64,000 nucleotides of DNA, from the NCBI RefSeq assembly GCF_009914755.1, contig NC_060947.1. One strand, 5' to 3'. Below, piece after piece: positions 28,287-42,154 of the stretch. The notes beneath the pieces are model-generated. The model did no database searches. It saw only the letters and a list, made by a program, of their open reading frames with translations, and had not been told where the DNA came from. The stretch is from the human T2T-CHM13v2.0 reference genome, Homo sapiens. Each line of letters begins with the position of its first letter. Within the stretch, counting starts at the first letter, position 1. The translations under genes and the position numbers were made by a program.

Positions 28287-28825
28287 TGTGATGGTTAATA
28301 TTGAGTGTCAACTTGATTAGATTGAAGGATGCAAAATATTGTTCCTGGGTGTGTCTGTGAGGGTACTGCCAAAGGAGATGAACATTTGAGTCAGTGGACT
28401 GGGAGAGGCAGACCCACCCTCAATCTGGGTGGGCACCATCTCATCAGCTGCCAGCACAGCTAGGATAAAAGCAGGCAGAGGAATGTAGAAGGACTAAACT
28501 GGCTAAGTCTTCTGGCCTCCATCTTTCTCCCATGCTGGATGCTTCCTGCTCTCTAAGATCAGATTCCAGGTTCTTCAGCTTGGACCTACACCAGTGTTTC
28601 ACCAGGGGCTCTAGGGCCTTCGGCAACAGACTGAAGGCTGAACTTCTATCTTCCCTACTTTTGAGATTTTGGGACTCAGACTGGCTTCCTTGCTCCTCTA
28701 CTTGCAGAAGACCTATTGTGAGACTTCATCTTGTGATCATGTGAGTCAATACTCCTTAATAAATTCCCTTTCATATATCTTTCTATCCTATTAGTCCTGT
28801 CCCTCTAGAGAACCTGACTAATACA
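28287..28825 (+). mobile_element. MLT2A (HERVL) solo LTR
   Basis: tgtgatggttaatattgagtgtcaacttgattagattgaaggatgc...ctagagaacctgactaataca. Confidence 0.95.
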
Positions 28826-29800
28826 TCAAGTAAATAGGATATAAACTCTATATAGAAAGTACAATTACATTTAAGTATACTTACAATAAATGATTGGAAA
28901 TTGAAATATAAAGTAAAACTCTATGTGCAATGGCACAAAAACGTGAAATATGAAGACACAAAGCTAAAAAAATGCACAAAATTTGTATTCTGGAATAAAA
29001 TATTTAATGAGAGAAATCGGAGAAGATTGGTTCAAAGTTGGTCCTTCTGAGACTGGTCTCTGAGTTTAACATTATTCCCCAAAGAATTACAGCAAGGATT
29101 TTAGAAAACTTGACAGATACTCCTAAAATGTGAAAACTGCTAACCATGAATAATCAAAACAAGTTGGAAAAATAGAAACAAGAAAGGTGGAAAGTCATTT
29201 TCCCTGATTATATGTCTTACTACAGTATTCAAGACAGCTCATTATTGACAGAAGAATAGACCCATCGGTTTTGGACCAGAATTAAGCAGCCAGAAATGAT
29301 CTACATATATAAATTAATATTGGATACAAATATCAAAGCCATTTAGTAGAGATGATACTCTCTTTCTTTACTTTCAATAAAGGGTGCTGGAATAATTGCA
29401 CATCTATATGGAAAACAAATGAAACAAAATCTGAACAAATTTCTGTACCCTATGAAAAATGAAAAATTAACTTGATATGTGTTATAGATCAAAATGGAAA
29501 CCCTAAAATAAAACTCTCTGAAGAAAATGTAGGAGAATATTTTTATGAATTGTGTGAAGCAAAGATTTCTTAGAACACAAAAGATATCTTTGGGTCATCA
29601 AAGATAAAATTAATTAATTAAAATTTATCAAAATGAAAAACTTATTTTCAAAGGACATTTTAAAGAAAAGTCAGGCCACTGAATGAGAGAAATTGTTAGC
29701 AAAACTTGTAGCTTTTGTAACTTCTGTATAGGAGAAAGGACTCCTATACAGAATATGTAAAGAAATTTTACAATGCCAAAATAAGAACACATACAAATAC

Positions 29801-30731
29801 AAAAATGGTTTCATGGGCCAGGCCCAGGGCCCTGCTGCTCTGTGCAGCCTTGGGACATGGCACTCTGCATCCCAGCTGCTCTAGCTCCAGCCATGGTTAG
29901 AAGGGGCCAAGTTATAGCTTGGGCCATGACTTCAGAGGGAGCAAGTCTCAAGCCTTGGTGACTTCCCTGTGGTGTTGGGCCTGTGGGTGCACAGAAGTCA
30001 AGAATCGAGGTTTGGGATCCTCTGCCTAGATTCAAGAGGATGTATGGAAATGCCTTGATGTCCACCCAGAAGTTTGCTGCGGGAGTGGGGTCCTCATGGA
30101 GAATATCTGCTAGGGCAGTGTGAAAGGGAAATGTGGGATTGGAGCCCCCACACAGAGTCCCCACTGGAACACTGCCTAGTGGAGCTGTGAGAAGAGGGCC
30201 ACCATATTCCAGACCCCAGAAAGGTAGATCCGCCAACAGCTTGCACCATGCACCTAGAAAGCCACAGGCACACAATGCCAGCCTGAGAAAGCAGGCACAG
30301 GGCCTGTACCCTGCAAAGCCATGGGGGTGAAGCTTCCCAAGGCCATGGGAGCCCACCTCTTGTAATCAGCCTGTCCTGGATGTGAGACATGAAGTCAAAG
30401 GAGATTTTGGAGCTTTAAGATTTACTAACTGCCTGGCTGGGTTTTGGACTTGCACGGAGCCTATGGCCCCTTTGTTTTGGCCAATTTCTCCTATTTGGAA
30501 TGGGAATATTTACCTATTTATGTAGCTTCATTGTATCTAGAAAGAAAATAACTTGCTTCTCATTTTACAGGCTCATAGGCAGAAAGGACTTGCCTTATCT
30601 CAGATGAGACTTTGGACTTGGACTTTTGAGTTAATGCTGGAATGAGTTAAGAGTTTGGAGGATTGTTGGGAAGGCATGATTGGTTTTGAAATGTGAGAAG
30701 GACGTGAGATTTAGGAGGGGCCAGGGCAGAA
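29801..30731 (+). mobile_element. MaLR (THE1/MST) internal region, 3' half
   Basis: tggagcccccacacagagtccccactgg...tcagatgagactttggact; polypurine tract ggaggggccagggcagaa just before the LTR. Confidence 0.93.
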
Positions 30732-31100
30732 TGATATGGTTTGGCGGTGTCCCCACCCAAATCTCATCTCAAGTTGTAATCCCCAGGTGTTGAAGGAGAG
30801 GCCTGGTGGGAGGTGATTGGATCATGGGGGCAGTTTCCCTCATGCTTTTCTCATTCTAGTGAGTGAGTCCTCATGAGATCTGGTTGTTTGATAAGTTTCT
30901 GGCACTTCCCCCTTCTCTCTCTCTCTCTCCTGCCACCTTGGGAAGAAGATACTTGTTTTGCGTTTGCCTTCCACCATAACTGAAGGTTTCCTGAGGCCTC
31001 CCCAGCCATGTGGAACTGTGAATCAATTAAATCTCTCTTGTTTATAAATTACCCAGTCTCAGGTAGTATCTCTATAGCAATGTGAAAATGGAATAATACA
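30732..31100 (+). mobile_element. MaLR 3' LTR (THE1D/MSTA-like)
   Basis: tgatatggtttgg...cccaaatctcatct...aattacccagtctcaggta...aatggaataataca. Confidence 0.93.
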
Positions 31101-31237
31101 CACACACACACACACACACACATACATACATATATATAACAACTTCATTTGATTGTCAAACAGGTCTGAGAGGTAGGTATGATATATTATTTTACTGTTG
31201 AGATAACTGAAATCTAAAGAAAGGAATATGTTTTTGT

Positions 31238-31484
31238 TAATTAATTTTTTAATTGACAAATGAAAATTGCATATATTTATGGTGTACACCATGATGTTTT
31301 TAAATATGTATACATTGTGGAATGTCTAAATTGAGATAATTAACATATGTCTACATCACATGCTTATCACTTTGTCTGTGGGTGTGTGGTGAGAACACTT
31401 AAAATCTACTCTCTCAGCAATTTTCAAGTATACACTACATTGTTATTAACTATAGTCACCAGGTTGTACAATAGATCTCTTACA
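31238..31484 (-). mobile_element. L1MA 3' end, inserted in a MIR remnant
   Basis: aattgacaaatgaaaattgcatatatttatggtgtac...aactatagtcaccaggttgtacaatagatctctt. Confidence 0.88.
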
Positions 31485-31548
31485 TTTAGGGAAGAATTTG
31501 TTTTAACTCAGGTTGGACAATAAGTTCAAGGTATAATTCAACTCTGGG

Positions 31549-31914
31549 TGTATTAGTCTGTTCTCACACTGCTAATAAATACATACCCAAGACTGGGCAA
31601 TTTATAAAGGAAAGAAGTTTAATGGACTTATAGTTCCACATGGCTGGGGAGGTCTCACAATCATGGCAGAAGACGAAGAAAGAGCAAACATATGTCTTAG
31701 ATGGCAGCCGTCAAGAGAGCTTTGTGCAAGGGAACTCCACTTTATAAAAAGCATCAAATCTCATGAGACTTATTCACTACCAGGAGAACAGTATGGGGGA
31801 AGACTGCCCCCATGATTCAATTACCTTCCACCGGGTCCCTCCCATGAGAGGTTGGAATTATGGGAGATACAATTCAAGATGAGATTTGGGTGGGGACACA
31901 GCCAAACCGTATCA
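31549..31914 (-). mobile_element. THE1B-like solo LTR
   Basis: tgtattagtctgttctcacactgctaataaa...gggacacagccaaaccgtatca; perfect TSD CTGGG. Confidence 0.95.
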
Positions 31915-32744
31915 CTGGGTATTTTTAACTTAAGTAGTGTGTTCTTTCCAACACATCATAGTTCATTAGCTCTTTGAATGTCTGAAAAGGCAGCCAGTGC
32001 ATCATGCAATCCTGCAACACATCTGCATCTGTAGGTAGGTGCAGTGCCTGCAGGTGATAGCCCTGTCAATGGATGCCTACTGCTATTTTCATGGAGGAAG
32101 CTAATGACATTCAGTATAAATTACAGCAATTTCCTCAGGATGAAAAATTAGCCTCCTAGACTCTTAAAAACATGAAGGTGTTCCACAGTGATTATGTTGT
32201 GAAGAACTAAATCTTGAGACATTAGAAACATGCTCCAGGAGCTGCAAAGTAATTGCTTAGCACTGTTCGTTCTCTTTCCTGCACATTTTGGCATAACTCT
32301 AGTGTGTTTATACAACTCATTATGCTAAATACACTATGTTGCAATTATTTAGATATGAAAGTGGTAGAGGCTGTATCAAATATATGATTTGCTGTTTTCA
32401 TGTAAAAAGGCAGGCATCACACTGTGTTTATTCAATTTGATCAGTATTTCACCTGAAGAAATATTGGAGCAATCAGCCTAAAAAGAACAGACGTAGGTCT
32501 TGTTGTGAAAACAAAGATGAATGAGAAGATGCTGTTTAAAGCAATGACTGGGAAGTATAAAGATGTAAAGTACAGAATGTTGCAATCAAGGTAATAAAAC
32601 TGAAAATTACTTAGTAGTAAATGTTGCAGTCATTTCTTTGTGTTTCTCCGTTGTATGTAGACTCCTTGGTGGAAAGTTTTTTAATTTTTTTTTCAATCCC
32701 AATGCCTGTTGCATAGTAGATATTTAATAAAATCAGTAAGAAAT

Positions 32745-33240
32745 CAGGAAGGAAGTGAGGAAAATCAAAGAAGAGAAAAAAGGAAGAGAGACAGAGAGAA
32801 AAGAAGGAAGGAAGGAACAGAGAGAGGAAATGAAGGAAAGAAGGAATGTTGGGAGGTAGGAAGGAGGGAAAGGAGAAAGAAAGGAAGGGAGGAAGGGAGG
32901 GAAGGAAGGAGGGAAGGGAGAAAGGATGGAAGGAAGGACGGAAGGAAGGAAGGAAGGGAGGGAGGGAAGATTGGGAAAAAGTGAGAAAGGAAGGAAGAGA
33001 GGGAGGGAGGGAACGAAGGAAAGAAGGAAGGTTAGGAGGGAAGAAGGAGGGAAAGGAGAAAGGAAAGAAGGGAGGGAGGAAGGAGGGGAAAAGGCAGGAA
33101 GGAAGAGAGGGAGGGAGGGAAGGAAGGAAAGAAGGAAGAAGGGATAAAAAGGAAGGGAAAGAGGAAGGAAGGAAAGAGCAGACAGAGGGAGGAAGGAGGG
33201 GAAGAAAGAGAGAAAGGAAGGAAGCAAGCTCAGGAGAAAG
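32745..33240 (+). repeat. GA-rich low-complexity (GGAA/GGGA) tract
   Basis: About 500 bp, almost all purines; follows an L2 3'-end-like motif at about 32700-32735. Confidence 0.97.
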
Positions 33241-34011
33241 CCTATATTAATTAGGATTTGCAGCGTTAGTGGAGATGTCACAAAGAATGAATCATTTAGG
33301 CTCTAGTTTGAAGTACCCATTGATTTAGTGTCTCAGGGGGAGGGGAGGGAGAAAGAAGTAGGCAATCAGTTGATATCACAAGAGGGAATAACAGCATTTT
33401 ACCTAATGTTGATTTAAAGAAAAATACCCTGACCCAGTGTTACTGTGAAATCTGGTGCTGGCATTTTGCAGCGGTTGGACATTGATAAATACAAATATGG
33501 TCAGAAGTATGCCCTAGGAGGATGACTATGGTGTTCAGGCTTGAAGAAGTTTGCAGGATGGTGTGGAGTGGGGAGAGATTTATGAAAAAAGACACACCAG
33601 CAGGCCATTGCCTTATGTCAATTTTGTCATCTTTGATGCATATGGTTTTCATTTATGGAGATGTCCAAATAATGGAATATTCTACTCAACCCTTCTTCCT
33701 AGTTACACAAGCACATGTGTGAAATAAGGGTCAATGCCAATACCCTGACCTCAGGGCATCCTTTCTGAACCTCCAGGAGCCTGGATTGCATCCTGTGTCA
33801 GTGGGTCAGGGGCTGTGGGCTACCCTAGAAAGAACAGGAGACAGCACAACCTCCCAGATTATCTGGTTCTCTGGCCAACAAAAATTCTCCACTTCCACAT
33901 GAGCCCTTGGCAGCCAAGGGAAATGCATCTGGAGTTGGATGTTGTCATTATGCTTAAATTTATTTGTGATTATGAAGAGATAGGTTATAGTGGTATTTCT
34001 TCATGGGAGGG

Positions 34012-34474
34012 TGGAAGGAAAATATCTTGGGGCCCCAAATCTATAAGCTAAAGGGAAAATTCAAGCTGGGAACTGCTTAGGGCCAACCTGCCTCCCATTC
34101 TATTCAAATTCACCCCTGTGCTCACTGAGATAAATGCATATCAGATTGCCTCCTTTGGAGAGGCTCATCAGAAACTCAAAAGAATGCAATCATTTGTCTC
34201 TCACCTACCTGTGGCCTGGAAGATCCCTCCCCACTTTGAGTTGTCCCTCTTTTGCTTTGAGTTGCTCCACCTTCCTGGACCGAACCAATATTCATCTTAC
34301 ACATGTTGATTGACGTCTCTTGTCTCCCTAAAATGTATAAAACCAAGCTGTGCTCTGACCATCTTGGGCACATGTCATCAGGATCTCCTGAGGTATCACG
34401 GGTTTGTGTCCTCAACCTTGGCAAAATAAATGTTCTTAATTAACTGAGACCTGTCTCAAATTTTCAGGGTCAAA
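34012..34474 (+). mobile_element. MER4A-type ERV1 solo LTR
   Basis: aagctaaagggaaaattcaagctgggaactgcttaggg...cctcaaccttggcaaaataaa...actgagacctgtctca. Confidence 0.9.
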
Positions 34475-34745
34475 AGGAGTGACCTAAGGCACTTTACTTA
34501 CCAATTTTTATTGTCATGAACTTTGAGTTCCATGAATTCACCTTAGCTTTGAATATGGTTTGGTATTAGAGAAGGACAACTTGTTCTCAATGCTTACTTA
34601 TTAAAATGAATTGCCTACAATAAAAAAGGTGTTATATTTTCCCAGCCCTCTTGTCAAACCTGGTAGCAGTTTCACACTATGTTATTCATTTATTACAGAC
34701 ATGAAATACATTGGGATATCTGGCATGTCAAAACAGATAAGTTTT

Positions 34746-35175
<430 letters not shown>

Positions 35176-36134
35176 CTAACGTGGTAATAGATACACTTTG
35201 ATCAAATAAATCCTAAAATTAATATCTGAGTGATGCACCACCAAGTCAACCTATGAAAAGGTTAACGGGCACAAATGCATCCTTTGACTGATGCTGCAAG
35301 CTGTTGGATTTCCACTATCCATGCTGTGCTGCTATGGTTAATACTAACCATGAAATGGTTAATACTACACATGCTATGCTGATATGGCTACCAGCGAGCC
35401 GGGAACGTCTCTTCTACTCACAAAGTGTTTTTGCTTATTTTTCCTCTTCATGACAAATGCAGGAAGTAGGAAAATTACTGCCTCCATTATGCAGAGAAGG
35501 AAAAGAAGTGATCTTTTAGACCTAAAATGCTCTTTCTCTCCTACATCTTTGGCAGTGTCAGGGGCTGGAGTGAATTAAAGACCATGGATTTTCATTATAA
35601 TGATGGACTGCCTGAGCATCTCTGCTAATGTTTTACAGGCCTTCCTTACAGCACTTTGTTGTTGCCCTGAATTCTTGAGTTTCTATGCTCTCTCGAGGTT
35701 GTTATTGTTTCTCTGGGGTCATATCTCTGAAAATTAATATGGCAATGCAGAAAATATGATGTCAGTTACCTACAACTTATCGGAACAGTTTCACCTACGG
35801 CTTTGCACTCTTACTGTCTTTCAAGGATCTGATACCCTGAGGGGTACAGAGTGGGCAGGAAACCCTGACTGTTGAGTTTCAAGAGAAAGCTGGAATCAGG
35901 ATCCAAATATGCCCAGGTAGGAGGTGTACTGTTCACCAGATAAGTTGATAAAATACAGGAAACCCTGGGTTAGTGAAATGGCTGTGTGCAACTTGGGCAA
36001 GTTTCTATGTATGCAACTTCCCAACTCTTGTTGATATGACTGACAGCAGAAGTCACCATTACCACAATTAATTTGGGAAAATAACAAAAGTTCAGCCTCA
36101 TGCTTATTAAAACATAAAATTATTGTAGCTATAC

Positions 36135-36433
36135 TTTTTTTTTTTTTTTTTTGAGAAGGAGTCTTGCTCTGTTGCCCAGGCTGGAGTGCAATGGTGATAT
36201 CTCGGCTCACTACAACCTCCGCCTCCTGGGTTCAAGTGATTCTCATGTCTCAGCTTCCTGAGTAGCTGGGGTTCCAGGTGCCTGCCACCACACCCAGCTA
36301 ATTTTTGTATTTTTAGTAAAGATGGGGTTTCACCATGTTGGCCAGACTGGTCTTTAACTCCTGACCTCAAGTGATCCACCTGCCTGGCTTCCCAAAGTGC
36401 TGGGATTATAGGCTTGAGCCACCACGCCCGGCC
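36135..36433 (-). mobile_element. AluS, full length
   Basis: Poly-T then reverse-complement Alu to ...acgcccggcc; TSD tagctatactttt. Confidence 0.96.
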
Positions 36434-38762
36434 TAGCTATACTTTTAAATGTTGCTTTAATTGAAGGTCATCATCACCTTCTAATTGGGGCAATCTGTCT
36501 CTTCTTACTTTGGTTTAAATTTGAGACATGCCACCTGTATAGTGGACAAAAACAGAGAGAGAGAGAGAAAAAAGACAAAGTAAGGTATCCAGATGCTAGC
36601 TGGCCAAGAGTTTATCTGTGTGTCCTGAATGAGTTACTTAGCTTTGCTTTAGCTTGGCTGTTCTGTGAAATAAGAAGTGAAATTGACCAGAAGTGCTTTC
36701 CTGAGGACTGCATTGGGAGAGGTCTTTGAAAGCACCTGGCCCATAATGGCATTTTGAACAATTTTCTTATTTTCCTTCCAAGTGGCACTGAAAATACTGA
36801 GTATTGTGGGGAAGAGGGTTTTATGGACATATTCCATTTAGAAAATCTTCATTTTACTTCTGTATTTTAACCTTTCCCCTATTCCTGTTTCTTTCTTGTT
36901 CTCATTTTCCTCTTTCATACAGGCTGTTACTTCTTAGTCAACATCTACAGATCTTATCCTTTGCACTGTTTGTGGGGCTTACTTAGCCTTTAGGGTGTCA
37001 TTGACTGCCCTCTGGAAAACCACAAATGCTAATTAAATTTCTTGTGGAAATGTCATGTATCTTGCATAGCTTTTATTCTACCTAAACTAATTTGCAATAA
37101 TTTGTTCTTATCAACAGCCCTGTTAATATTTCTAGGTGTCTACTGTGTAATGAACAAAGCCTGCTTCAGGGTCAAAAAAAAAAAAAAACTAAGTAAAGAA
37201 AGAATCATATGAAACTTTCCTATTTGCAGATGTTTCGATTGCTGCAAAATGTGTGGGATATTATGCCTCAGTGTTGTTAGAAAATATGTTTATTTAATAA
37301 GTGTAAGTTGGGTTATGCTTTAGGGGACTTAGACGATGGAGATCAGGTTTAATTCTTAAAGGGCTTGCTTTAAGAGTTAAACTAGGTCTCCGTCATCTTT
37401 TATAAGTCGCCTAAAGTAGATTATTTAGGAATTGGGGCTTAAAATTGTTCTTTGATTATTTCACCTAAACAGAGTTCTTCATACAAAATATCCCATTATT
37501 TTACAATTAATGCATGAGGAAGCTTGTCAATTTATAAACACCCAAGTCAACACATTATTATATAGAAATAAACTATAATCTCCATGGCTATCAGTGGTAT
37601 GAAACGTGCACAGGAGTGCCCTATGTCCAGAGAAATGGAAGAGGTTAAGGAATTTTCTGTTTGAAGGCCAAAACATGTTAACAGAGAGATAGCCAAAATT
37701 TCTCCCTCCGTTTTAATGCGTGTGTGGACGTGCACACATCTGTGGCATTCTTTAAAGCTGAAGGGGTTATTTTGATTGTGTAGGGTTCTATTTGTTAGGG
37801 AGAGTACTAGGCTATGGGTATTGCCTTTGAGACAAATTATAAATTTTGGTTGAAAGGCGTCCTACATTTCAGACAAATCAACTTCAGCTTGGATTTTTTT
37901 TTGTTTGAACATAATGCCCATTTGTGTTCAAACAAAAGAAAATCAAAAGTCTCAAAATATATAACCACTGAATTTACCCTAAGGGGGGAAACAAGCAATT
38001 CATTTATTTCAAGCACTTTTAGGTGCTACTAAATTAAATGTGCTTTGACTTCATTAGGAGTCAATTTATTGCATATTGCTTCAGTGCAAGCATGTATGAA
38101 CAGAAACCCTATAGATTATGGAAAGATGAACAGGATAGAATGCCTTATCTCCAGGGGCTTGAAAACCAAAGGGAATCACTCACATTTCCAAATAAGCCAA
38201 TTTAATAAAATGTCTTCATCCTTGTTATCTTTGTGGTTTTCTTTCCTCTCTTCCATCTCTCTCTTTTTCCTAAATAGGACTTTCTGAAAGAAATTGATTT
38301 TGCATATGCCTGCTGCAAACCAGGCACTGCTTACATTCTTTGTCCATTTTCTTTATGTAAAAAGACAGGGCTTAGATGTCTGTCCCCTTCGTAGTCTGTT
38401 TTCTACACATCCCTGCTCCACATATTAAAACGTATGAGATATGAAGGATTACCAGCAGAGAATATCCAATCTGCCCTGAAAGCAGCCAATTAGCAACTCC
38501 CAGTCTGTGTTAATTGCTGCCACAGTCCTCCCTGGTTTCAATCAACACCTTAGGAAAGCAATCAAAGACCTACTGGGAAGGAAGGGCCGTGCTTTTGTTC
38601 ACAGCCAACGTTTATTGACAAGATGCGACCTTTAACCGTTTGATACTCCTGACGAGGCTGCACAGTGCTCATTCCTGGAGAATTCCCCCCAAAACTGGAG
38701 AGATTGCCACAGACAGAAAGGTAAGGTGACGGGGGAAATAGCTTTGGGAGAACTGTCCAAGG

Positions 38763-39488
38763 TGCTACCTAGTAGCCTGTAGCTCTTGACTATGAGTTGT
38801 CCAGGTCTTTGGTGTTTTTTGAACAAAGAATTGAATAAAACGTACAAACAAAAGTAGCAGAGGAATGAAACGCAGAAATGAACCAGTGAAAGTAGGAATT
38901 TATTAAGTGAGAAAGTATTCTGCAGGGTGGGAGTGGGGCTGAGTACATGGCTCAGGGGCCCATTTACAAAGTTTTCTGGGCTTTAAGAACCCCGTTTGAG
39001 GTTCTTATCAACTATCTCTTATCTGGATGAAGAATTTGGTCTGTGGTTAATTAAAGGCTGAGGAGAACTGGCGCCATATGCAGTTAAAAAGATGGTCCCT
39101 GTTAGGTCCATGGCCAATCCAGGGCATGCTCCCTTTCCATCTGAGACATGGTGGAAGGGGGAAGTTTGCAACGAGCGTACCCTTTGATCCTTTGTTACTT
39201 GGTCTGGGGAGATGCGGTTTTTCACTTTTGGTTTAGCTTTAGGAAGTCTGTGTTAATTGGCCATAGGTTCACTGTCCCCAGACCCAGGAGTTTTCCTCTT
39301 GATTCAGTTTTGGGGAGTTAGTGTGAACTGGCCTTAGATTTCCTGTCTCCAGACCTTCGTGTTTTTTCTTTTAGGAAGTTAGTATAAATTGACCTCAGAT
39401 TCCCTGTCCCCAGACTGTGGTGATTTTCCTTGTGTCAGTACAAATTGGCCTTAAGTTTCCTGCCACCAGGCCCTATTTTCCTGTCTCA
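38763..39488 (-). mobile_element. ERV1 solo LTR, MER51-like
   Basis: ttgaacaaagaattgaataaaacg...ccctattttcctgtctca (reverse complement of a TGAGGCAGGAGAATAGGG-type start); flanks aagg/gagg. Confidence 0.8.
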
Positions 39489-40062
39489 GAGGCAGTATGG
39501 TTATTGCAACATAAGGTCTCAGTCATTTGCTTTCCTCATAAATGGTTTAAGACCCTGTGTGAAAAAGCATCCTTAATACAGAGAGAATGAGATAGAGCAA
39601 AGAGTGTTTGCATGGTTTATTTAGGAAGATTTTTTTCTTTGAATATTAGTTTCTTTCAGACATCATTATTAACACCCTATACATTTGGGCACTTCATGCA
39701 ATGATACTCATCAGAAATGTTAGTATTCACTCCCACTGCCATCATCATCAACAGCACCATTTTATTTTACCATCATTTTCATCATTCATGCAGGAAGATC
39801 AGCATAGCATAGTGTTTAAGAGCGTGGGCATTGAAGACAACTCATTATTTACATTATTTCATGACTCTATAATGACAACGTGAAGTATTATGTACAATGC
39901 ATATAGGAAATAGGAATGTCATTTCAAATCGGTCTGATCGAATCAGGGAATGTTGCGAGAGACTTCCCTGACAAAATGACACTAGAGTAGATATCTAAAT
40001 TGCATGGCTAAGGATGCATAAGACTAAGAGGGGCAGAGAGGAAGCAATTGTTCTGGGTGCGA

Positions 40063-40183
40063 TCAACCTTGGGCACATGTCATCAGGACTTCCTGAGGCT
40101 GTGTCATGGGTGCGTGTCCTCAACCTTGGCAGCATAAACTTTCTAAATTAACTGAGACCTGTCTCAGATTTTGGGAGTTCACA
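40063..40183 (+). mobile_element. MER4A LTR, 3'-terminal fragment only
   Basis: cttgggcacatgtcatcaggac...actgagacctgtctcagattttgggagttcaca; matches 34363-34474. Confidence 0.88.
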
Positions 40184-40519
40184 GCCATTAGCTCAGGCCA
40201 TGACTTTGCAGAGTCAGCTTAAGGAGATCAATTCTAAGCTCAGAAATCTTGTGCATATAGTGGAGAGAGGTCACCTCCAGGGGTCTGCAGTTCTCTTCAT
40301 TCAGGCAGCTCTGGGGTCCTATAGAGAAAGGCGGAGGGCACACTTGATGCGAGTAATGTATGCTAATTCTGAATTTCCAACAAGTTTTATGCATGATTTT
40401 ATGTACACACCAAATCTAGGCATTACAAAATTGGGCACGTATCTATTTGGACATGTAAGTATAATAATATTATATATCATGATTTAATATATGCATATAT
40501 GCATATTATACATAATACA

Positions 40520-40930
40520 TATATCAATACATGTGAATATGTGTATTTTATGCAAATAGTATCATGCCAAATGCAAATTACATATCTTTTTGTTTTCTAC
40601 TTAATAGCACATATTCCAGAGCCTCCCATATTGCTACATACAAAACTGGCTCACACTTTTTCTTGGATAATACCAAAATTTAGTTCATCCACCTTGCGTT
40701 AATTGGCATTTAGGGTATTGCCAGTTTTATGCCATTACAAATAATGTTGCAATAAATTAATACTAATAGTTCATTTCACACATGATCTGGTATAACAGGA
40801 TGGATTCCTAGACATTGAAATTCCTGAATCAAAGGTAATAGATATTTCTAATTTAGAGAGGTATTATCAATTGTTCTTTTTGAAGATGGGCTGTCTCTGC
40901 TCTCATTATCAATATGTGGACAGCCTACTT
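40520..40930 (-). mobile_element. Ancient L1M(E) fragment
   Basis: ggcatttagggtattgccagtttt...attacaaataatgttgcaataaa...gattcctag...tgaatcaaagg. Confidence 0.65.
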
Positions 40931-41027
40931 CCAAATGAATTGATCTTCCTAATGTAACTCCAGTCTTAATGAACATGTTGAGGTTAACCCCATTTAAACG
41001 TATTCTCATCAAAGTAATACAGAAATA

Positions 41028-41328
<301 letters not shown>

Positions 41329-41418
41329 AGTAATATGGAAAGTCATACTCTTTTAAATATAAAAAATATATATGTTTATGGTTATATATATATATGGTTT
41401 TATATGTATATATATGTA

Positions 41419-41782
41419 TGATCTGGTTATGCTTTGTGTCACCACCCAAATCTCATCTTGAATTATAATCCCCATAATCCCCACGTCAAGGGAGAGAGCA
41501 GGTGTATAATGGGGGCGGTTCCCACACGCTGTTCTTGTGATAGTGAGTGAGTTCTCACAAGATCTGATGATGTTAGAAGGTGCCCTTCCTCCTTTGCTTG
41601 CCATTCTCCTTCTTGCCGCCTTGTGAAGAAGGTGCTTTGCTTCCCTTTGCCTTCCACCGTGAGTGTAAGTTTCCCGAGGCCTCCCCTGCTATGCTGAACT
41701 GTGAGTCAATTAAACGTCTTTCCTTCATGAATTACCCAGTCTTGGGCAGTTCTTTATAGCAGATGAAAATGGGCTAATATTA
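41419..41782 (+). mobile_element. THE1 (C/D-like) solo LTR within TA-rich sequence
   Basis: cccaaatctcatcttgaattataatcccc...gtgagtcaattaaac...aattacccagtc. Confidence 0.92.
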
Positions 41783-42154
41783 TATCTATATGTATATATA
41801 ATATTAAATATGTATTATTATATATATAAAAGTACAATGAAACCATGAAAGTCACTCTAAACTTTCTACCATTTCCACTGCCCTACTTTATGTACCATTT
41901 TGGTATCTTTTGTTTGTTCACTGGACACTGTAATGTACATAGATTTCTTGTCAAGTGATATGAATAGACATCACTTCCTTACACACTTTGAAAAATTCCA
42001 TGACACAGTTGTGCTGTAAGCGGTTTAACAATTTTCCCAGTGATGGGCTCTTAACTTGCTCACAATGTTTCCTTTAATTGATGACAAAAATAAAAATCTG
42101 TATACAATTGCAGTAAGAGCTATTGCAATAAAATCTGTGTACATATCCTTTAGT

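Noticed and set aside
29811-30390. 181-aa and 98-aa ORFs
   Set aside because: Antisense frames of MaLR internal sequence, commonly open in THE1/MST copies; no coding evidence.
32709-33281. ORFs of 182, 134 and 91 aa rich in E/G/R/K or S/L/P/F
   Set aside because: Artefacts of the polypurine tract.
39226-39474. Repeat-spacer-like periodicity resembling a CRISPR array
   Set aside because: Units are degenerate, lie inside a primate ERV LTR, the spacers resemble each other, and no cas genes are present.
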